Under the pieces are notes generated by a model. That model did no database searches and had not been told where the DNA came from. It worked only from the letters and a program-made list of their open reading frames with translations. Below are positions 1-9,783 of a DNA stretch of 64,000 nucleotides, one piece after another. Position 1 is the stretch's first letter. Each line of letters starts with the position of its first letter. This DNA comes from an uncultured Clostridia bacterium. Lineage in GTDB: Bacteria > Bacillota > Clostridia > TANB77 > CAG-508. The stretch lies in NCBI GenBank assembly GCA_934167445.1, contig CAKPKJ010000005.1, positions 3,071 through 67,070 on the forward strand, written 5' to 3'. The position numbers and the translations under genes are program-made.

Positions 1-499
1 TCGTTTATTCTTATTTCTATTTTGTATGTTATGTCTTTAGTGTTAAATTTTCTTTTTATAAATTTAAATGTAATTATTATAAATGTAAATACTATTATCC
101 CTCCAAGTAACGTACTTTTTAATGGATATGTACCTAAAAATAGCCCATTTTTCATAATTATGTCTTGTGGTTTCACAATATATATTAGTGCATATGCTGC
201 TCCGCCAAATGCAAATGATATCAGATAAAATATCACTAATGTTTTCCACATTTTTTTCTTATTCTGTGGATTAAAGGCAACATAAATAATTATTACTGAC
301 AGTAGTATTTTCATTACAATATTAGAATAGACTTTTAAAATTCCACTATATGCAAGTACACTATATACTGCTCCTAATAGACTCGCAAAAATAAGTCTGA
401 TTGATTTTATCGAGCTTTTGGTAACTACTCCTGTGGCTAATAATATAATATAATTCATTATTAAGTTCTCAATTATAACTATATCGATATAAATAGTCA
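1..499 (-). CDS. spoIIGA: Sigma-E processing peptidase SpoIIGA, N-terminal part; the gene runs off the left edge
   Basis: Own minus-strand translation from the ATG at 497-499: MTIYIDIVIIENLIMNYIILLATGVVTKSSIKSIRLIFASLLGAVY... This is a polytopic membrane N-terminus typical of SpoIIGA. An AGGTGA SD lies 4-5 nt upstream. The position directly after ftsA-ftsZ matches Bacillus and Clostridium. It is missing from the ORF track because there is no stop in the window. Confidence 0.7.
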
Positions 500-517
500 T
501 TTCATCACCTGCCAAAT

Positions 518-566
518 AATTGTACTCTATTTTTACTAAAAAAGTTGTCTTTTCTTATTGGCGAAA
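518..566 (-). promoter_or_regulatory. Candidate spoIIG promoter region: TACAAT -10 element plus a TGGCGAA (TGNCGAA) Spo0A-box-like element
   Basis: Minus strand reads ...TTCGCCAATAAGAAAAGACAACTTTTTAGTAAAAATAGAGTACAATTATTTGGCAGGTGATGAAATG. TACAAT is at 518-523. TGGCGAA is on the plus strand at 559-565. Assignment is by analogy with the Spo0A-dependent spoIIG promoter of B. subtilis. Confidence 0.3.
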
Positions 567-599
567 AAAAGAAATAATCGATATCTTTCGATTATTTCT
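564..599 (-). terminator. Rho-independent terminator after ftsZ
   Basis: Perfect 11-bp stem GAAATAATCGA / TCGATTATTTC (571-599), followed on the minus strand by a T7 run (564-570). Confidence 0.7.
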
Positions 600-626
600 T
601 CACTTTTTCTGAATTTCTATATCTTT

Positions 627-1754
627 TTAGTTTTTATTTCTATTTTTTCTTAAAAAAGAAGGAATGTCTAAATCATTTTGTGATGAGCTACTTTCTGAGC
701 TTGCAGGAATTGAATTTATTTTTTGTTCCCATTTTTTAGCTCCAAGAGCTTCCCCTATTCCTTGCATTGGTGAATCTTTATCTTCAAATCCAGTTGCAAT
801 TACTGTTATTTGGATTTCATCTCCCATTGATTCATCTGTTACTGTACCAAATATGATATTTGCTTCTGGGTCTACACTGCGTTGAACTAATTCAGCTGCT
901 GTATTTACTTCATGTAATCCTAAATTGTCTCCACCTGTAATATTAATGATAACTCCTTTAGCTCCTTCAATTGATGTTTCTAGTAATGGACTTTGTATAG
1001 CTTCTTTAGCTGCATCTTCTGCTCTGTTTTCTCCTGATGCTCTACCAACACCCATATGTGCCATACCTTGATTTAACATTACTGTTTTAACATCAGCAAA
1101 GTCTAAGTTTACAAGACCTGGTATAGCAATTAAATCAGATATACCTTGTACACCTTGTCTTAAAACATCATCAGCCATTTTGAAAGCATCTATTATTGAT
1201 GTTTTTCTATCTACTATTTGTAATAATTTATCATTTGGTATCACTACCAATGTATCTACTTTGCCTTTTAAGCTTTCAATTCCACGTTCTGCTTGTGATA
1301 ATCTTTTTTTACCTTCAAATGTAAATGGTTTTGTAACAACACCTATTGTTAATATTCCCATTTCTTTTGCAGCAGCTGCTACAACTGGTGCAGCACCTGT
1401 TCCTGTTCCTCCACCCATTCCGGCTGTTACGAACACCATATCTGCTCCTCTTAATGCTTCTGCTACTTCTGATTTTGTTTCTTCAGCTGCTTGTGCTCCG
1501 ATATCAGGGTTTGCTCCTGCACCTAATCCACGTGTTATTTTTTCTCCTATTTGAATTTTTGTTTTTGCTTTAGAAATTTGTAGGGCTTGTTTGTCTGTAT
1601 TTACAGCTATAAAATCTACACCTTTAATTTCGGCTTCTATCATTCTGTTTACTGCATTGTTTCCAGCTCCTCCTACTCCTATAACTTTTATTGTAGCTGT
1701 TCCATCTACCATTGACATATTGTTATTATCTTCATTATTATTGTAATCTAACAT
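627..1754 (-). CDS. ftsZ: Cell division GTPase FtsZ
   Basis: [17 protein letters not shown] and [10 protein letters not shown] tubulin-signature motifs. C-terminal DIPSFLRK peptide. GGAGG SD 9 nt upstream. Confidence 0.97.
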   Translation of the reverse strand: MLDYNNNEDNNNMSMVDGTATIKVIGVGGAGNNAVNRMIEAEIKGVDFIAVNTDKQALQISKAKTKIQIGEKITRGLGAGANPDIGAQAAEETKSEVAEALRGADMVFVTAGMGGGTGTGAAPVVAAAAKEMGILTIGVVTKPFTFEGKKRLSQAERGIESLKGKVDTLVVIPNDKLLQIVDRKTSIIDAFKMADDVLRQGVQGISDLIAIPGLVNLDFADVKTVMLNQGMAHMGVGRASGENRAEDAAKEAIQSPLLETSIEGAKGVIINITGGDNLGLHEVNTAAELVQRSVDPEANIIFGTVTDESMGDEIQITVIATGFEDKDSPMQGIGEALGAKKWEQKINSIPASSESSSSQNDLDIPSFLRKNRNKN

Positions 1755-1832
1755 TTAGATTTTCCTCCCTTTCATATATAAATGTTTAATTTCCCCTATT
1801 TTATATTTTTATAAAATTAATACCTTATTTAT

Positions 1833-3062
1833 CTAAGAATAAAAAAATTCTTTTATTCTTTCAAATATTGTTTTTAAAATACTTTCATTGTTTTGTGTAT
1901 CTATATTACTAGATACTGTTTTTGCAAATGGTCTTGCTGCAATATATCTAACTAATGCATAACTTGTTCTATATGCTGGTTTTACTGTGCTTATTGCTCG
2001 TCCGGTTGATATTTTCACTGGAATATTTAAATTGATTTTTCCAGCAACGTCACTTTTGTTTATATTTACTATACCTTGACCTGTTAATATAACATTGTTT
2101 ATTTTTTGTTTTAGTCCTTGATTTGTTATGTCTTTATTTATAATTGAAAACATCTCTTCAATTCTTGCTTCTATTATTTCAATTAATTCAGAACTTTTTA
2201 TTATTTTATTTTTATTATTATCTCTTCTTGTATTTAAAATAATGTCATTATCATTGTCTATAAAAGATTTTAGTGCTAAACCATATTGTCTTTTTAATTT
2301 ATCAGCTTCTTCTTCAGAGATATTTAAAACCAAAGCTATATCATTTGTTATTGTATCTCCTCCTAGCGGAATAGAATTAGTGTATAAAAATGTTGAGCCT
2401 TCAAATACTCCTATATCTGTGTTTCCAGCTCCAATATCTAGAAGCATTATATTATCATGTAATTCATTTGTGTCTAACACTAAATTTCTTTCAGCTAATG
2501 TTATTGGCACTATTCCGTCTATTTCTAGTCCTGCTTTTTTGAATATTGTACTTAATTGTCTAACATAATCTCTATCTGCTAATATTACCTGAGCACTTAT
2601 TGTAAAATTAGAACTTAATTTTCCTACGGGATCTGTAATTATGGTTCCATTTTCCAAAGTTATTTTATCTGGTACGATATCTATTAAGTTTTGTCCTTCT
2701 GGCACTTCTATGTCTTTTACTTGCATTATTGCATTTTGTACATCTCTTACTGATATTCCAGCATATTTGTCTTTCACTTCTTTTGTTATGCTATTTTGTA
2801 CTATTGTTACATATTTGCCAGGAATTGTTACATAGGCAGAGTTTATTTTTAAATTTGTTTCTTCTTCAGCATCTTTTATGGTTTTTGCAAGACTTAATAT
2901 TATTTCATCTTCGTTTATTATTTTACCCTTCTTTAGTCCGCTACATTTATATGAGGTGTTGCATATAATTTCTACTTGACTGAAATTGTTTACTTCTCCA
3001 ACAACAGTACTTACTTTACTTGTTCCTATGTCGACACCTACTATGATATCTCCTATTGCCAA
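1833..3062 (-). CDS. ftsA: Cell division protein FtsA (actin-like ATPase)
   Basis: VGVDIGTSKV phosphate-1 motif and DIGAGNTDI motif. 409 aa. Lies immediately upstream of ftsZ. TTG start with a GGAGG SD 7 nt upstream. Confidence 0.95.
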   Translation of the reverse strand: MAIGDIIVGVDIGTSKVSTVVGEVNNFSQVEIICNTSYKCSGLKKGKIINEDEIILSLAKTIKDAEEETNLKINSAYVTIPGKYVTIVQNSITKEVKDKYAGISVRDVQNAIMQVKDIEVPEGQNLIDIVPDKITLENGTIITDPVGKLSSNFTISAQVILADRDYVRQLSTIFKKAGLEIDGIVPITLAERNLVLDTNELHDNIMLLDIGAGNTDIGVFEGSTFLYTNSIPLGGDTITNDIALVLNISEEEADKLKRQYGLALKSFIDNDNDIILNTRRDNNKNKIIKSSELIEIIEARIEEMFSIINKDITNQGLKQKINNVILTGQGIVNINKSDVAGKINLNIPVKISTGRAISTVKPAYRTSYALVRYIAARPFAKTVSSNIDTQNNESILKTIFERIKEFFYS

Positions 3063-3210
3063 GTTAATTCCTCCATTTTTTTGTTTAAATTTCTCAAATG
3101 TATATATATTACATTTTTAGACAAATGTCAATAGGATTTGTTATATTTTTGTAATGTTTTCGTAACGTTTCTGTAACAAATCCTATTGATCTAATTTTCC
3201 ATTATTTATA

Positions 3211-3600
3211 TTATTCTTTTATATCAGTGGTTTCAGCTTTTTTGCTTTTACTTTTTAACATTTTTGACCACTTATCTACATAGTATCTTCTAATTATAGC
3301 TAGATTTACAAACATTCTTCCAACAAAAACTACTATTGCGGCTAAATAAATATCCACATTTAATTTTTGTCCTAATATTGTTAGTAAAATTGCTAATATT
3401 GCATTTCCAAAAAAACCTGTTATAAATATTTTTAAGTCAAACTTTTTGTTTATAACTGATGTTATTCCTCCAAATACAGAATCTAAAGCTGCTACTACTG
3501 CAATTGCTAAATAACTTGAATATGTATATGAAATCATTGGAGCATTTATTCCTATTAAGGCTCCTACTATACATCCGATTAAAATTGCTATAAATACCAT
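3211..3600 (-). CDS. Small basic membrane protein (Sbp/YlxX-like, DUF1290)
   Basis: 129 aa with four hydrophobic segments and a basic C-terminal tail. Conserved position between the DUF881 genes and ftsA, as in the B. subtilis ylxW-ylxX(sbp)-ftsA arrangement. Confidence 0.7.
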   Translation of the reverse strand: MVFIAILIGCIVGALIGINAPMISYTYSSYLAIAVVAALDSVFGGITSVINKKFDLKIFITGFFGNAILAILLTILGQKLNVDIYLAAIVVFVGRMFVNLAIIRRYYVDKWSKMLKSKSKKAETTDIKE

Positions 3601-3611
3601 TTTTTTCTCTC

Positions 3612-4361
3612 CTATTCTATATACTTAGTTTTCAATTCTCCACTATATTTTAATATCTTTATGTTGTTTGGTTTATCTATTGTAATATCTTGTCCTGTCT
3701 TTTTTAAAGTATCAACTGCCCCACCATTTCCTATTAAAGAACTTTCCATATATGTAGGGTCTCCTATTGCTTTTATTGTATATGGGGCTAAAATTCTTTG
3801 CCCATTTATTTTGATAAAGCTCGAATAGTCTGAATTAATATCTACAATGTCGCTCATGTTTACAATTCTTTGATCATTTATTGATATTGCTTCTGCTCCT
3901 GCTAACTTTAAGGCATTAACAACTACTAATAAATTAGAAGCTGAAATTTTATTTGTGTCATCACTTGTTGAATCTTTTAGTGTTATTATTATTCCTTTTC
4001 CTTCAACATCAGTTTTACCTAAACTCATATTTACCTGGTCTAGTTCATTATTCATTACTGCACTTGTTTCTTCATTTGATTCTTTTGTTTTTTGGTATTC
4101 TTCTATCTTAGCCATTGTTTCTTGATATTGTTTTTCCGCTTCTTCATACTTTGTTTTCCAGTTTGCTAATTCAGTTTGAAGTTCTGACTCCCTCATATTT
4201 TCTATTGAAGTGATATCTGTTTCATTTACTATTTTAAATTGCATTGTCATTACCAATGTTAATGCAAAACACGCAATCATTATAGTAATTATCATTGCTA
4301 TTTTGCCCTTTTTAAAATTTTTTATTGTTTCTATTATATTCTTTTTAGGCTTATCTTTCAT
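3612..4361 (-). CDS. DUF881-family division/sporulation-associated protein (YlxW-like)
   Basis: N-terminal TM segment, a coiled-coil stretch, then the ...GAEAISINDQRIV...INGQRILAPYTIKAIGDP motif characteristic of DUF881. Paralogous to the next gene. Confidence 0.7.
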   Translation of the reverse strand: MKDKPKKNIIETIKNFKKGKIAMIITIMIACFALTLVMTMQFKIVNETDITSIENMRESELQTELANWKTKYEEAEKQYQETMAKIEEYQKTKESNEETSAVMNNELDQVNMSLGKTDVEGKGIIITLKDSTSDDTNKISASNLLVVVNALKLAGAEAISINDQRIVNMSDIVDINSDYSSFIKINGQRILAPYTIKAIGDPTYMESSLIGNGGAVDTLKKTGQDITIDKPNNIKILKYSGELKTKYIE

Positions 4362-4386
4362 TTTTTCAAATTCTCACTCCTTCTTT

Positions 4387-5112
4387 CTATTTTGATGTAT
4401 TTGCATATTTATACGTAATTGTTCCTGTATATTTTGGAATTGTTATATTATTTGATTTTTTAAATTCTACTCCAATATTGTATTCTTTAAGTGTTGCTAA
4501 GTAACCACCTGGTCTGTTTAATGCTGCCAATTGTTCAGGCAAACCTATTGCTTTTATTATAAATGGTGCTCCAACTTTTTCTCCATTTATATCAATTATA
4601 TTTCCTCCACATATTATTCCACTATTAGGTGTTAGCCTTTGATCATTTATTGATATTGCTTCTGCTCCTGCATTTTTAAGTTCATTTATAACACTTAATA
4701 CATCTAGGTCATGTACCACTAGATCACTTGGGTTTAAACTACTACTAATATCTTTTTTACTATCAGTTAATGTAACAGTTACTCCCGGCCCATTTACTTC
4801 TGTAAGCCCTATCATTTTATTGCCTTCTGTTATACTTTCTTCTGTTTCTTTTAAATTGTCATCATTTTGCGTTGAATTCTCTCTTTCCTGCTCAAGTGTT
4901 TGCTCTGCTTTTTCTAATTCTTTATATTTGTTGTCATATTTTTCTTTATATTTTAACACTTCTGCTCTTAAGCTATTTTCTTCGTAATTGTTACTAACAG
5001 TTGAATTACTATTTTTTACTGTTTTTATTTGTACACATATTCCTAATGTTAATAGGAAACACATTATTCCTAATACAAGTGAAATTTTTATCTTGTTTGT
5101 CAATCGGTTCAC
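4387..5112 (-). CDS. DUF881-family protein (second paralog)
   Basis: Same architecture, with GAEAISINDQRL...INGEKVGAPFIIKAIG. The start is uncertain: either the GTG at 5112 or the TTG 9 nt downstream. Confidence 0.7.
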   Translation of the reverse strand: MNRLTNKIKISLVLGIMCFLLTLGICVQIKTVKNSNSTVSNNYEENSLRAEVLKYKEKYDNKYKELEKAEQTLEQERENSTQNDDNLKETEESITEGNKMIGLTEVNGPGVTVTLTDSKKDISSSLNPSDLVVHDLDVLSVINELKNAGAEAISINDQRLTPNSGIICGGNIIDINGEKVGAPFIIKAIGLPEQLAALNRPGGYLATLKEYNIGVEFKKSNNITIPKYTGTITYKYANTSK

Positions 5113-5117
5113 CTTCC

Positions 5118-6008
5118 TTATACTTTATCTCTAAAATATGGATTAAATCCATTATTTAAATCTCCATTTACAAATATATCTCCTTCTGTGCCTTTTTCTT
5201 GTTCAATTATAGCTTGTACATATAATATTTTATTACTTAAATTTGAAGTATCTCCTATATGTACTTTTTTCTTTTCATCTGCTAAATATATAATATATTC
5301 GTTTTTGTTGCTTATGTCAATACTTGTGACCTTTTCGTTTAATTTATATTGTTTCATAACATCCATTATGGCAATAACATCTTCTAATTTATTTAAGTCT
5401 TCATTATTTAATCTGTTTCCTAATTGAAATTCCTCTTCATTTGTTGAGGCTCCTTGTATTATTGGCATATCTTGATTGTTTTCAGCTAATTCTAAAATAT
5501 AACCTTGTGTATTTATATACGCATATTTTCCCATATAATCAACTGCATATTGTGCTACTCTTTCTGTTACTTTTATTTCAACTGTGCTTGGTAATTTCCT
5601 GTGTATTGTAACTTTTTCTATATATGGATTTTCTTTTATCTTATTTTCTATGTTTTTATTATAAAATTTGAATATATTTTGCTCTAACTGCAAGGTTGAC
5701 AAGCTTATTATGGTATCATTTGGTACCTTGTTATTATCAGTTACTATTATGTCCTTTATGTTAAAAATTGGTGACACTAATGCAAAAGTAGTTCCTCCTG
5801 CTATAATTCCTATTATTACAACTAATTTTAAGATAAACTTTACTCTTTTTATTCTTTTTTGCCTTTTTCTTTCTTTTTTTGATATTTTCTTCTTTTTAGT
5901 TTGCATTTGTTTTTTATGATTTTGATTAGCCATATTTATTACAGTTTCTTCTTCTCTTTGTTTTTCTAAATAATACAAATCATTTTCTTCTTTTCTTCTT
6001 TTTGCCAA
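5118..6008 (-). CDS. ftsQ: Cell division protein FtsQ/DivIB (POTRA domain) with a K-rich N-terminal tail
   Basis: Single TM segment followed by a POTRA-like segment (FNIKDIIVTDNNKVPNDTIISLS...). Position upstream of ftsA. I prefer the TTG start at 6006-6008 because GGGAGGA lies 6 nt upstream. The ORF track extends to 6053. Confidence 0.75.
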   Translation of the reverse strand: MAKRRKEENDLYYLEKQREEETVINMANQNHKKQMQTKKKKISKKERKRQKRIKRVKFILKLVVIIGIIAGGTTFALVSPIFNIKDIIVTDNNKVPNDTIISLSTLQLEQNIFKFYNKNIENKIKENPYIEKVTIHRKLPSTVEIKVTERVAQYAVDYMGKYAYINTQGYILELAENNQDMPIIQGASTNEEEFQLGNRLNNEDLNKLEDVIAIMDVMKQYKLNEKVTSIDISNKNEYIIYLADEKKKVHIGDTSNLSNKILYVQAIIEQEKGTEGDIFVNGDLNNGFNPYFRDKV

Positions 6009-6062
6009 TTTTATTCCTCCCTTTTGGACAAGCTCTGTTTTTATTAAGAGCATTATCTGCCC

Positions 6063-7317
6063 TTAATTTATTAATTTTATAATATTTACGTTGATTTTTT
6101 TTAATTTATTATCAAAATTTTCATATCCTCTTAGAATATATTCTATGTTTTCTACTTTTGTTGTTCCTTTTGCTACAGTTGCAGCTAATACTAATGCCGC
6201 TCCACCTCGTAAATCGGTTGCTTTTACATTTGCTCCATATAGTTTTTTTACTCCTTTTATAACAGCTGTTCGGCTTTCTAGTGTTGCCTTTGCCCCCATT
6301 CTTACTAACTCTGGTATGAATTTGTACCTGTTTTCAAATATATTTTCAACTATTATTGAAGTTCCTTTCACTGTTGTTAAAACTGCTGCAAAAACAGATT
6401 GCATATCTGTTGGAAATCCTGGATATGGCATTGTTTTTATGTCTATAGGTCTTAATTTTTTTGGTGTCCATATTTCTATTTCATTTTTTTGAATATTAAA
6501 TTTACATCCCATCTCTTCTAATTTGTCTATAGCAGGAATTATATGTTCTGGGTTTACATTTTTTATTAAAATATTACTTCTGTTTATTGCTGCTAAACAT
6601 AAAAATGTACCGGCCTCTATTCTATCTGGCATAATATTGTAGCTTGCATCTCTTAATTGTTTTACACCTTCTATTTCTATATTACTTGAACCTGCACCTT
6701 TTATTTTTGCTCCCATTTTATTCAAAAAATTTTGTAAGTCTATTATTTCTGGTTCTCTTGCAGCATTGTTTATTTCTGTCTTGCCGTTCTGCTAAGCAAC
6801 TTGCAAGTATTGCATTCTCCGTTGCTCCAACACTTGGAAAATCTAAATCTATTTTTTCTCCGACTATTTTATCACAACTACACTCTATATTTCCATAGTT
6901 TTTTGTAATATTTATTCCTAATTTTTCAAATGCTTTTAAGTGTAATTCTATAGGTCTACTCCCTATTTCGCATCCTCCTGGATATGAAAATACTGCTTTT
7001 TTATTTCTTCCAAGTAATCCACCTGCCAAAATAACTGATGATCTCATTTGCCTCATTAACTTTTCTGGAATTTCATTTTTATTTATATTTGTATTATCTA
7101 TTATTACTTTATTATTTTTTTTTACTACTTTTGCTCCTAATTCTTCCAATATTTTAAACATTATTTTTGTGTCATGAATGTTAGGTACATTATACAATGT
7201 TGTTTTTCCTTTATGTAATATGGTTGCTGCTATTATAGGTAAAGATGCATTTTTAGAGCCTGAGATTTCTACTACACCTTCTATTCTGTTTCCTCCTTTT
7301 ATGATGTATTCTGACAT
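6063..7317 (-). pseudogene. murA: UDP-N-acetylglucosamine 1-carboxyvinyltransferase MurA, split by a +1 frameshift near 6785
   Basis: ORFs 6718-7317 (N-terminal part, MSEYIIKGGNRIEGVVEISGSKNASLP...) and 6063-6725 (C-terminal part) are two pieces of one MurA. Removing one base from minus-strand GAACGGCAAG (plus 6781-6790) restores ...[36 protein letters not shown]... This could be a true pseudogene or an assembly error. Confidence 0.85.
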
Positions 7318-7377
7318 TTTCTATCCACCTTTCGCTTTTTATTTTGCTATATATTATGTCTTATTTACGTAAAAGGT

Positions 7378-7415
7378 GAAATAAAGAAAAGGAACCCTAT
7401 ATTAGAGTCCCTTTC
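7378..7415 (-). terminator. Probable terminator of the GC-richer gene at 7426-8112
   Basis: Minus strand GAAAGGGAC-(loop)-GUUCCUUUUC with one G-U pair, followed by a T-rich run (TTTCTTTATTT). Confidence 0.5.
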
Positions 7416-7425
7416 TGCAAGGTAA

Positions 7426-8112
7426 TTATTGAACTACAGCTGGATGCGAAATATCCAAATGGCTTTTTAATTTTTCGACTCGATTGCACAATATAAGTCT
7501 TGGTTTATCACCTCTAACAATATCGCCAATATTCCACGCACCTTTTGCTATTCCAAGAGCGTCTAAGAGTTGCAGTTCATACCGATCAGCTGTATGTAAA
7601 GAATCATCACCACTCTGATACGCTATATACAGCCCATCTTTATAATCCAAGTCCTGACGAATAACTCGCCTCATTCCTTTTCGGAACTGATCATTATATC
7701 TATCAAGCCAATCTCGATAATTAATCCAAATTGTCTTGTCAATAATGGGAAGTCCATTCTCCCTGTTTATGATTTCTCTATTGTTTACAATTGAGATAGC
7801 CATACTAACATTACGGTAAAATTCTATAATTCCTGGGCATTTATTTTCTGCTGTATCCAAGAATCTTTGGCGTTCTTCCAATTTCTGGTGGTTATCTTTT
7901 TTCAACGGTTGCCTTTCTGCCAGAGACATATAATTAGGATTATTGTCCTCGAATTCTGCAATCTCACTTGCCATTTGACCGGTATCTCGGAATACGCCAT
8001 TCTCATTAAGTAGCTCTGTGCTATTGCAAATATCTTTAATCTGCTTTGATCCAATCTCTATTCCTGTATCACGGAAATATTCGAGTGCGCTCTTTACCTT
8101 GCTAGCTTCCAT
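7426..8112 (-). CDS. Hypothetical protein (228 aa), compositionally atypical; no family recognised
   Basis: Intact ORF. I prefer the ATG at 8110-8112 (MEASKVKSALEYFRDTG...) because AAGGAGGA lies 5 nt upstream; the ORF track starts 18 nt earlier. Clearly higher GC than its neighbours by eye (roughly 40 % against under 30 %). Confidence 0.7.
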   Translation of the reverse strand: MEASKVKSALEYFRDTGIEIGSKQIKDICNSTELLNENGVFRDTGQMASEIAEFEDNNPNYMSLAERQPLKKDNHQKLEERQRFLDTAENKCPGIIEFYRNVSMAISIVNNREIINRENGLPIIDKTIWINYRDWLDRYNDQFRKGMRRVIRQDLDYKDGLYIAYQSGDDSLHTADRYELQLLDALGIAKGAWNIGDIVRGDKPRLILCNRVEKLKSHLDISHPAVVQ

Positions 8113-8169
8113 TTTGTCCTCCTTAGACATCGAAGCTTTCTACTTACGGTCATCTTAGCCGTATACTTT

Positions 8170-8197
8170 ATTATAGCACATTTTTAGCCCTTTTCAA
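8170..8197 (-). promoter_or_regulatory. Near-consensus sigma-A promoter for 7426-8112
   Basis: Minus strand TTGAAA (8192-8197), a 16-nt spacer, then TGcTATAAT (extended -10; TATAAT at 8170-8175). Confidence 0.5.
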
Positions 8198-8338
8198 ATG
8201 TTTTTAGGTGAATTTTATGTATATCTTTAAAGTAAAATAAATAATATATTGAAATTAAGAGAATAATATCTTATAATATCTCTTGTAAATAATCTAGAAA
8301 GGGGGACATGATTAAAAGATTTTAATCATATATTTATA

Positions 8339-9730
8339 ATGAAAGCACTTACTGTAAAAAAATTATTTAGTAATACTAGTGAATACACTAATAGAACAAT
8401 TGAACTTGAAGGTTGGGTAAAGTCCTTAAGAGATTCAAAAACATTTGGCTTTATTGAATTAAATGATGGAACTTTTTTTAAAAATGTTCAAATTGTATTT
8501 AATAATGAATTATCTAATTTTGATGATATTTGTAAATTAACTCTTAGTTCATCTATAAAAGTTACTGGTAAAATGGTTGAAACACCAAATGCAAAACAAC
8601 CTTTTGAAATTCAAGCAACAAAAATTGAAATTGAAAGTTTAGCAGATAATGATTATCCATTACAGAAAAAGAAACATTCTTTTGAATATTTAAGAACAAT
8701 TGCACACCTTAGACCTAGAACAAATACTTTTAATGCTGTATTTAGAGTTAGAAGTGTTTTTGCATATGCAATTCACAAATTCTTCCAAGAGCAAGGATTT
8801 GTTTATGTTCATACACCTCTTATAACTGGTAGTGACGCTGAAGGTGCAGGAGAAATGTTTAATGTTAATTCATTTAACTTAGAAAATTTACCTAAAACAG
8901 ATGATGGAAAAGTTGATTATTCTAAAGATTTTTTTGGTAAACCTGCTCACTTAACAGTTAGTGGTCAATTAAATGCAGAAACATATGCAGAGAGTTTTTG
9001 TAATGTATATACATTTGGACCAACTTTTAGAGCTGAAAATTCAAACACTGTAAAACACGCAGCAGAATTTTGGATGGTTGAACCAGAAATTTGTTTTGCA
9101 GATTTAAAAGATGATATGGATTTAGCAGAAGCTATGATTAAATATACATTTAAATATGTTTTAGATAATTGCCCAGAAGAAATGGAATTTTTTAATAAAT
9201 TTATTGACAAAGATTTACTAGAAAGGTTAAATCATGTAATTAATTCTGATTTTGCTCGAGTTACTTATACAGACGCTGTAAAAGAACTTGAAAAACATAA
9301 TAATGAATTTGAGTATAAAGTATCTTGGGGTGTTGATTTACAAACAGAACATGAAAGATATTTGTGTGAAAAAATTTATAAAAAACCTGTTTTTGTTATG
9401 GATTACCCAAAAGATATTAAAGCATTTTATATGAAGCAAAATCCAGACGGTAAAACAGTTGCAGCTTCTGACCTTTTAGTTCCTGGTATTGGTGAAATAA
9501 TTGGTGGAAGTCAAAGGGAAGAAAACTATGATAAATTATTAACTAGAATGAAAGAATTAAATATGCCAATTGAAAACTATAATTGGTATTTAGATTTAAG
9601 AAAATATGGTAGTTGTGTTCATTCTGGTTTTGGTCTTGGTTTTGAAAGAGGAATTATGTATTTAACAGGTATGCAAAATATTCGAGATGTTATTCCTTTC
9701 CCAAGGACACCAAAAAATTGTGATTATTAA
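8339..9730 (+). CDS. asnS: Asparagine--tRNA ligase
   Basis: 463 aa. N-terminal OB-fold segment ([22 protein letters not shown]) and class IIb catalytic core ([34 protein letters not shown]). Confidence 0.95.
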   Translation: MKALTVKKLFSNTSEYTNRTIELEGWVKSLRDSKTFGFIELNDGTFFKNVQIVFNNELSNFDDICKLTLSSSIKVTGKMVETPNAKQPFEIQATKIEIESLADNDYPLQKKKHSFEYLRTIAHLRPRTNTFNAVFRVRSVFAYAIHKFFQEQGFVYVHTPLITGSDAEGAGEMFNVNSFNLENLPKTDDGKVDYSKDFFGKPAHLTVSGQLNAETYAESFCNVYTFGPTFRAENSNTVKHAAEFWMVEPEICFADLKDDMDLAEAMIKYTFKYVLDNCPEEMEFFNKFIDKDLLERLNHVINSDFARVTYTDAVKELEKHNNEFEYKVSWGVDLQTEHERYLCEKIYKKPVFVMDYPKDIKAFYMKQNPDGKTVAASDLLVPGIGEIIGGSQREENYDKLLTRMKELNMPIENYNWYLDLRKYGSCVHSGFGLGFERGIMYLTGMQNIRDVIPFPRTPKNCDY

Positions 9731-9746
9731 TTTAAAATTTATTCAT

Positions 9747-9783
9747 AAAAAACAAGGGGCTGTAAAAAGTCCCTTGTTTTTTT
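9747..9783. terminator. Bidirectional terminator between asnS and the convergent M23 peptidase gene
   Basis: AACAAGGG (9751-9758) pairs with CCCTTGTT (9771-9778). An A-run lies on the left and a T-run on the right. Confidence 0.75.

Noticed and set aside
22-249. ORF-track entries 22-228 (+) and 64-249 (-) at the left edge
   Set aside because: Both overlap a much better minus-strand reading frame that starts at 499 and runs off the window. Its translation looks like SpoIIGA. The two listed ORFs have no SD and implausible sequences.
8308-8325. Five-codon mini-ORF MIKRF* right after the SD upstream of asnS
   Set aside because: The SD-to-ATG spacing is only 1-2 nt, and the peptide has no Asn codons that would suggest attenuation. 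It is kept only as an alternative inside the hairpin finding.
8131-8338. Possible T-box leader upstream of asnS
   Set aside because: I could not find the T-box sequence (AANNNGGGTGGTACCGCG-like), a specifier loop or a terminator/antiterminator pair. Part of this gap is the promoter and leader of the divergent GC-rich gene.
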